Under the pieces are notes generated by a model, which was not told the origin of the DNA, searched no databases, and saw only the letters and a list, made by a program, of their open reading frames with translations. The position numbers and the translations under genes were made by a program. From Candidatus Latescibacterota bacterium (lineage in GTDB: Bacteria > Latescibacterota > UBA2968 > UBA8231): a DNA stretch of 18,206 bases. This document shows, piece by piece, positions 14,191-18,206 of this stretch (positions are counted from its first letter, which is position 1; every line of letters begins with the position of its first letter). The DNA lies in NCBI GenBank assembly GCA_965205655.1, contig CBDBIJ010000078.1:1-18206 (forward strand), given 5' to 3'.

Positions 14191-16647
14191 GTGAAGCGCG
14201 ACAATAGAATTGAGGTGAGGGAGGCGCGGGAGGGCCCTCTCGCTGATGTGAATGTCGATCTGCCGCTCGGTAGTTTGATCTGTTTCACCGGGCGCAGCGG
14301 CTCCGGTGCTCGCACGATGGCAGTGGACGTACTGTTCGCCGAGAGTCGCCGGCGCTACATGCTCGCCCTCTCAGCCTTCGAGAGGGAAAGCCTGGGTGGC
14401 CTGGTAGACGTGGAGGTGGAGAGCATCAGCGGACTGCCACCAGCGGCGCTGATTCCGGGTCACATTCGCAGAGCCGCTTCGGTGATGAATTACCTGGACG
14501 TCGACCGCGCAATGGCGCGTCTCTTCCACGCCGTGGGTCTGATTCGGTGCCCCGAGTGCGGTGCGGGTCGGTGTCGATCATTCAGTCCGGAAGCGGCCGC
14601 GAAGGAACTAGTGAATCGCTTGCAGGGAGAGCGCAGCCTTGTTCTTGCGCCCGTGACGCTGCATGGGCAGGCGGGCATCGGCGCGACTGTGAAGGAGATT
14701 CAACGCGCTGGCTTTACCCGTCTTTGGGTGGACGGTGATGTGGCGAGAGTCGACGACGACTCAGTCGTTGAGCTTTTGTCCAAGGATGCACGTGACGAGC
14801 TCGTCATCGTCGTCGATCGCCTCATCGCTGAGCCGAGTCGCATGAGCAGGCTCGCGGATGCGATCCGATCCGCCCGGGCCATGACCCGGGGTCGAGCGCA
14901 GGCCGTCGGGACCGACAGCGGCCGCGAGGTGTGGCTGAACAATCAGCTCACCTGCCAGGCCTGTGGTCAGATGTTTGACGATTTGAGTCCGGAGGATTTC
15001 CAGGCATATCTGGAAACCGATCGTCGCAAGGACTGCGACCCTCATGGCGACGGAAATCATTGGCTCATGCCATTCGTAACCGTCGCAGGCAGGACGATCG
15101 GCGACGTCGCAGGTATGGCCATCGAGGACGTAAAGGAGTTTTGCGCCGAGATCAGGAGCTCGCCGCTCGCTATGAGATCCCTCGGCGAGCGTTCGCGAGA
15201 TACAATTCCGGAGGACGAGTCGGCTTCGTCGGCCTCGGAGTGGCAGTCTCTGGTGCTGGCGATCGAGGCTCCGGTCTCCGGATCTCAATCGCTGGCGCTC
15301 GGTCATCTTTCCCTGGCGAGACCCGTAGAGGACTTGGCAGCGGGGGAGTACCTGCGCCTCGGCCTCGCCGCCGCTGCCAGCCGCGGGCTCGTAGGTGTCC
15401 TTTACATCGTAGACACGCCGATCTCATTCCTCGATGCCGAAGCTCGCGCCGCTTCGCTGCGGCAGCTGCGCGAGCTCGTCGATGGCGGAAACACCGCGCT
15501 GATTGTGGATAACTCGCAGGAAGTCCGTGAGGTCTGCGACTACGCCTTTGCCTTCGACGCCGGTCGAATAGAGCAGCTGGGGGAGGAGAGTTTTGCCGGT
15601 GGCGCAAGTGCTTCGATCGAGGTAGCAGATCGGAGATCGCCCGATCGGAGATCGCCCGATCGGAGATCGCCCGACACCCGAAGCCGCGGGCCGGTCACGG
15701 AAGCCTTGCAGTGCAGATTTCGCGCCAGCGGTGTCGGCAACCTGTCCGATATCGAACTGGGTTTTCCCAGCGGTCGTTTCGTGTGCCTCACCGGGGTTTC
15801 GGGAGCGGGGAAATCGACGCTCATGCGAGTCATCGAGTCAACTCTGTCAGCCATCACTGGCGGCAAGCGCGCAGCTCCCAATAGCGGAGGGTCGGCGGTC
15901 TGTCTGGAGCATGGCGGAATCCGCAGGCAGGTGTCGATCGATGACCAGGCGCGGTCGCTCCGGGAGCGCACGGCTCTGGGGGCCTTGGGGCTCTTTCGTC
16001 GCGTGGCTGCACTATACGCCAGGACGGCGATCTCCCAAGAGCGCGGGTACTCTGCCGAGTGGTTCGAACTCGAGCGCCCGGGCGGACGCTGCACAGCCTG
16101 TGGCGGCTCGGGCCGGCTCCGATACGAACTGGAGTTTCTGGAGGATCTGTCCCTGACGTGTCCCACATGTCTGGGCAGGCGATACAGGGAAGAGATTCTC
16201 GCTGTCACGATCAAGGGTTTATCGGTCGGGGACGTGCTCGACATGCAGGTGGGAGAGGCGAGTCATCATTTCTCCAGAGAAAAACAGGTGGCCGCGAGGC
16301 TGGCCGCCGCCGCGCGGTGCGGTTTGGAAACGCTGCTACTAGGCAGGGACACCTCTACACTCGAACAAGGAGAGCGGTTGCGGCTGCGGCTGGCAACGGA
16401 GCTGGTTCGCGTCTCGCCCCAGGATATCATCCTCCTCGATCAGCCAGTAGCGGGAGCGCATGCCGATGACGTGGAACTCGTGATTGACATCGTGAATCAG
16501 CTCGTGGACGAAGGCGCCACTGTGGTTGCCGCCGGGAGCCACTCCCGAATACTCGATGCGGCCGACTGGATCGTCTCAGTAGGGCCCGGACGCGGCGAGT
16601 CGGGCGGGCGAATCCTTTACTCTGGCGCCCCCGAGTCGGATGGATGA
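14191..16647 (+). CDS. UvrA-like protein with degenerate ABC-ATPase motifs
   Basis: UvrA architecture: IEVREARE..., LFAESRRRYMLALSAF, Zn-module CxxC pairs (CPEC, CQAC, CTACGGSG...CPTC), UvrB-binding-like segment, second NBD TGVSGAGKST and C-terminal ADWIVSVGPGRGESGGRILYSGAP. Start GTG 14191 with GAGG RBS. Several catalytic residues are replaced (see findings). Confidence 0.85.
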   Translation: MKRDNRIEVREAREGPLADVNVDLPLGSLICFTGRSGSGARTMAVDVLFAESRRRYMLALSAFERESLGGLVDVEVESISGLPPAALIPGHIRRAASVMNYLDVDRAMARLFHAVGLIRCPECGAGRCRSFSPEAAAKELVNRLQGERSLVLAPVTLHGQAGIGATVKEIQRAGFTRLWVDGDVARVDDDSVVELLSKDARDELVIVVDRLIAEPSRMSRLADAIRSARAMTRGRAQAVGTDSGREVWLNNQLTCQACGQMFDDLSPEDFQAYLETDRRKDCDPHGDGNHWLMPFVTVAGRTIGDVAGMAIEDVKEFCAEIRSSPLAMRSLGERSRDTIPEDESASSASEWQSLVLAIEAPVSGSQSLALGHLSLARPVEDLAAGEYLRLGLAAAASRGLVGVLYIVDTPISFLDAEARAASLRQLRELVDGGNTALIVDNSQEVREVCDYAFAFDAGRIEQLGEESFAGGASASIEVADRRSPDRRSPDRRSPDTRSRGPVTEALQCRFRASGVGNLSDIELGFPSGRFVCLTGVSGAGKSTLMRVIESTLSAITGGKRAAPNSGGSAVCLEHGGIRRQVSIDDQARSLRERTALGALGLFRRVAALYARTAISQERGYSAEWFELERPGGRCTACGGSGRLRYELEFLEDLSLTCPTCLGRRYREEILAVTIKGLSVGDVLDMQVGEASHHFSREKQVAARLAAAARCGLETLLLGRDTSTLEQGERLRLRLATELVRVSPQDIILLDQPVAGAHADDVELVIDIVNQLVDEGATVVAAGSHSRILDAADWIVSVGPGRGESGGRILYSGAPESDG
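15628..15674 (+). repeat. Perfect 15-bp tandem repeat (GATCGGAGATCGCCC x3) encoding DRRSP x3
   Basis: Copies at 15628-15642, 15643-15657 and 15658-15672, plus GA. In frame, in the linker between the two NBD halves of the UvrA-like protein. Confidence 0.95.
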
Positions 16648-16700
16648 AAAGCACAGCGCGGCGCCGTCGAATGTCCCTCCCACAGGCGGATCAGATCTGC

Positions 16701-16730
16701 TTGACGCCTTATGCGGGCAGTGTATATTCT
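16701..16730 (+). promoter_or_regulatory. Putative sigma70-type promoter for the CBS/2-oxoacid oxidoreductase genes
   Basis: TTGACG (16701-16706) followed by TATATT (16-bp spacer) or TATTCT (18-bp spacer) in an AT-rich intergenic patch. Confidence 0.6.
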
Positions 16731-16790
16731 TGTAACAATTGAGCTTTGGCGAATCGAGCAGATTTGAGAAACGGTGAGGAAAGCGCTCAC

Positions 16791-17273
16791 ATGCAGTATC
16801 TCACGCGCGTTGAACAGGACCTTCAGCAAGAGAGAATCTCTCATCTCGACCTCAGTATGTTCATCACGGTTTCTTCAGGTACGTCGATTGCACTGACACT
16901 CTCGCAGATGAGAAATGAGCGCGTCGGCGCCGCCTTGGTCCAGGACGACAACGGCAGACTGAGCGGCATCTTTACCGAGCGCGACGTCCTCAAGAAAGTG
17001 GCTGGCGATCCGGCTATGCTGCAGCAGAGTGTCGACGTGGCCATGACCACGAATCCGGAGACCGTATCTCCCGACGATACAGTCGATCACGCCTTGAAGC
17101 TGATGAACGGCGGTGACTACCGAAACGTTCCCGTCCTCGACTCCGACGGCAACATCGCCGGCAATCTCTCCCAACAGGCTCTCATCCGTTTCCTCACTGA
17201 TCGCTTCCCTCGCGAGATCTACAATCTACCCCCGGATCCCGAACTGATTGCCCAGACGAGGGAAGGGGCTTAG
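16791..17273 (+). CDS. CBS domain-containing protein
   Basis: Two CBS repeats (VGAALVQDDNGRLSGIFTERDVL; MTTNPETVSPDDTV...YRNVPVLDSDGNIAG). ATG 16791 with GAGGA RBS. Confidence 0.9.
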   Translation: MQYLTRVEQDLQQERISHLDLSMFITVSSGTSIALTLSQMRNERVGAALVQDDNGRLSGIFTERDVLKKVAGDPAMLQQSVDVAMTTNPETVSPDDTVDHALKLMNGGDYRNVPVLDSDGNIAGNLSQQALIRFLTDRFPREIYNLPPDPELIAQTREGA

Positions 17274-17350
17274 ATCCGCACTTCAGACCGATTGCAGGTG
17301 AACGGTCGATACACTCCCCGAATCGAGCTTACCTAAGGAGATTCGAGTCA

Positions 17351-18206
17351 ATGAGTGATTCGTCGGCCGGTGCCACTGCCTCTAAACGGCGTCCCGCGCA
17401 GCAGAATTCTTCCGATGGAAAGGGAGATCAGTTGCGGGTGCGGGAGTCAGTCGTGATCCGCTTTTCGGGTGACTCCGGAGACGGCATGCAGCTCACCGGC
17501 GACCAATTCACCAACGCCTCAGCCGTCTTCGGCAACGACGTCAGTACCTATCCCGATTTTCCCGCTGAAATCCGCGCTCCCGCCGGCACCATTCCGGGGC
17601 TGAGTGGCTTTCAAGTCAATTTCGCTTCCGACGACATATACACCGCGGGCGATGCGCCCCAGGTACTGGTCGCCATGAATCCGGCGGCCCTGAGAGCGAA
17701 CCTCGAAGAGCTCGAGTCGGGAGGCGCCATTATCGTCAACGTCGACGCCTTCACCCGCAGCAATCTGCGCAAAGCCGGCTACCAGCAGAGCCCGCTCGGC
17801 GACGGGACTTTGAGCGGCTACGAAGTGCACGACGTGCCGCTCACGACGTTGACGCGGGCGGCGCTGGAGGATCTCGATGAGCTGACGACGCAACAGAAGG
17901 ACCTGTGCAGGAACGCCTTCGCACTCGGTCTGGCCTTCTGGATGTTCGACCGGCCGCTCGACACCACGCTCGGCTTCTACGAGGAGAAGTTCGCCAGTCG
18001 CCCCCAGGTGATCGAGGCGAACACGCGTGCCTTGAAGGCCGGTTATCACTTCGGAGAGACGAGCGAGGTCTTCCAGTCCCGGGTGACGGTGCCCACCCGC
18101 AGGGGAGTCGAGCCTGGAACCTATCGGCGCATCACGGGAAACGAGGCGCTCGTCATGGGCATGGTTACAGCGGCCAGAAAAGCGAACAAGCCGTTGTTCT
18201 ATGGCA
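17351..18206 (+). CDS. korA: 2-oxoacid:acceptor (ferredoxin) oxidoreductase subunit alpha, 3'-truncated by window edge
   Basis: Absent from the ORF track because it has no stop in the window. AAGGAG RBS and ATG 17351; translation ...VVIRFSGDSGDGMQLTG...TYPDFPAEIRAPAGT...VLVAMNPAAL...YRRITGNEAL...LFYG, which is the fused gamma/alpha subunit pattern. Confidence 0.92.
   Translation, partial: MSDSSAGATASKRRPAQQNSSDGKGDQLRVRESVVIRFSGDSGDGMQLTGDQFTNASAVFGNDVSTYPDFPAEIRAPAGTIPGLSGFQVNFASDDIYTAGDAPQVLVAMNPAALRANLEELESGGAIIVNVDAFTRSNLRKAGYQQSPLGDGTLSGYEVHDVPLTTLTRAALEDLDELTTQQKDLCRNAFALGLAFWMFDRPLDTTLGFYEEKFASRPQVIEANTRALKAGYHFGETSEVFQSRVTVPTRRGVEPGTYRRITGNEALVMGMVTAARKANKPLFYG

Noticed and set aside
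15628..15674. Tandem repeat as a CRISPR array
   Set aside because: No spacers, only 15-bp units, in frame within a CDS, and no cas genes.
17313..17348. Weak hairpin (CGAATC...GATTCG) around the korA RBS
   Set aside because: Short and interrupted; not enough to call a regulatory RNA.
17519..18049. 176-aa - strand ORF
   Set aside because: Antisense shadow of the 2-oxoacid oxidoreductase alpha gene, which runs off the window on the + strand.

Overview
High-GC bacterial genomic window, probably from an FCB-superphylum lineage such as Latescibacterota. That assignment is inference from a YPNPFN...WDG FlgD/T9SS-type C-terminal domain and a short RpoD/SigA-type sigma factor. The window opens with the 3' end of a TPR membrane-protein gene. 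Next come a sigma70 promoter, a cobalamin riboswitch and an intrinsic terminator, which head a tightly packed 11-gene + strand run (875-12293): BtuD/BtuF/BtuC-like ABC transporter, Tat/lipobox Rieske protein whose ATG is out of frame, sulfotransferase, BtuB-like TonB-dependent receptor, BtuG/YncE-like beta-propeller with a FlgD/T9SS-type tail, PduO adenosyltransferase, CobQ, a lipoprotein and an HTH-metallo-beta-lactamase fusion. On the - strand lie a sigma70-family sigma factor and a DUF547 gene. They are divergent from a UvrA paralog whose ATPase motifs are largely degenerate. The window ends with a CBS-domain protein and the 5' part of a 2-oxoacid:ferredoxin oxidoreductase alpha subunit. 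The most interesting items are the non-canonical members of the B12 riboswitch operon and the probable pseudo-ATPase UvrA.
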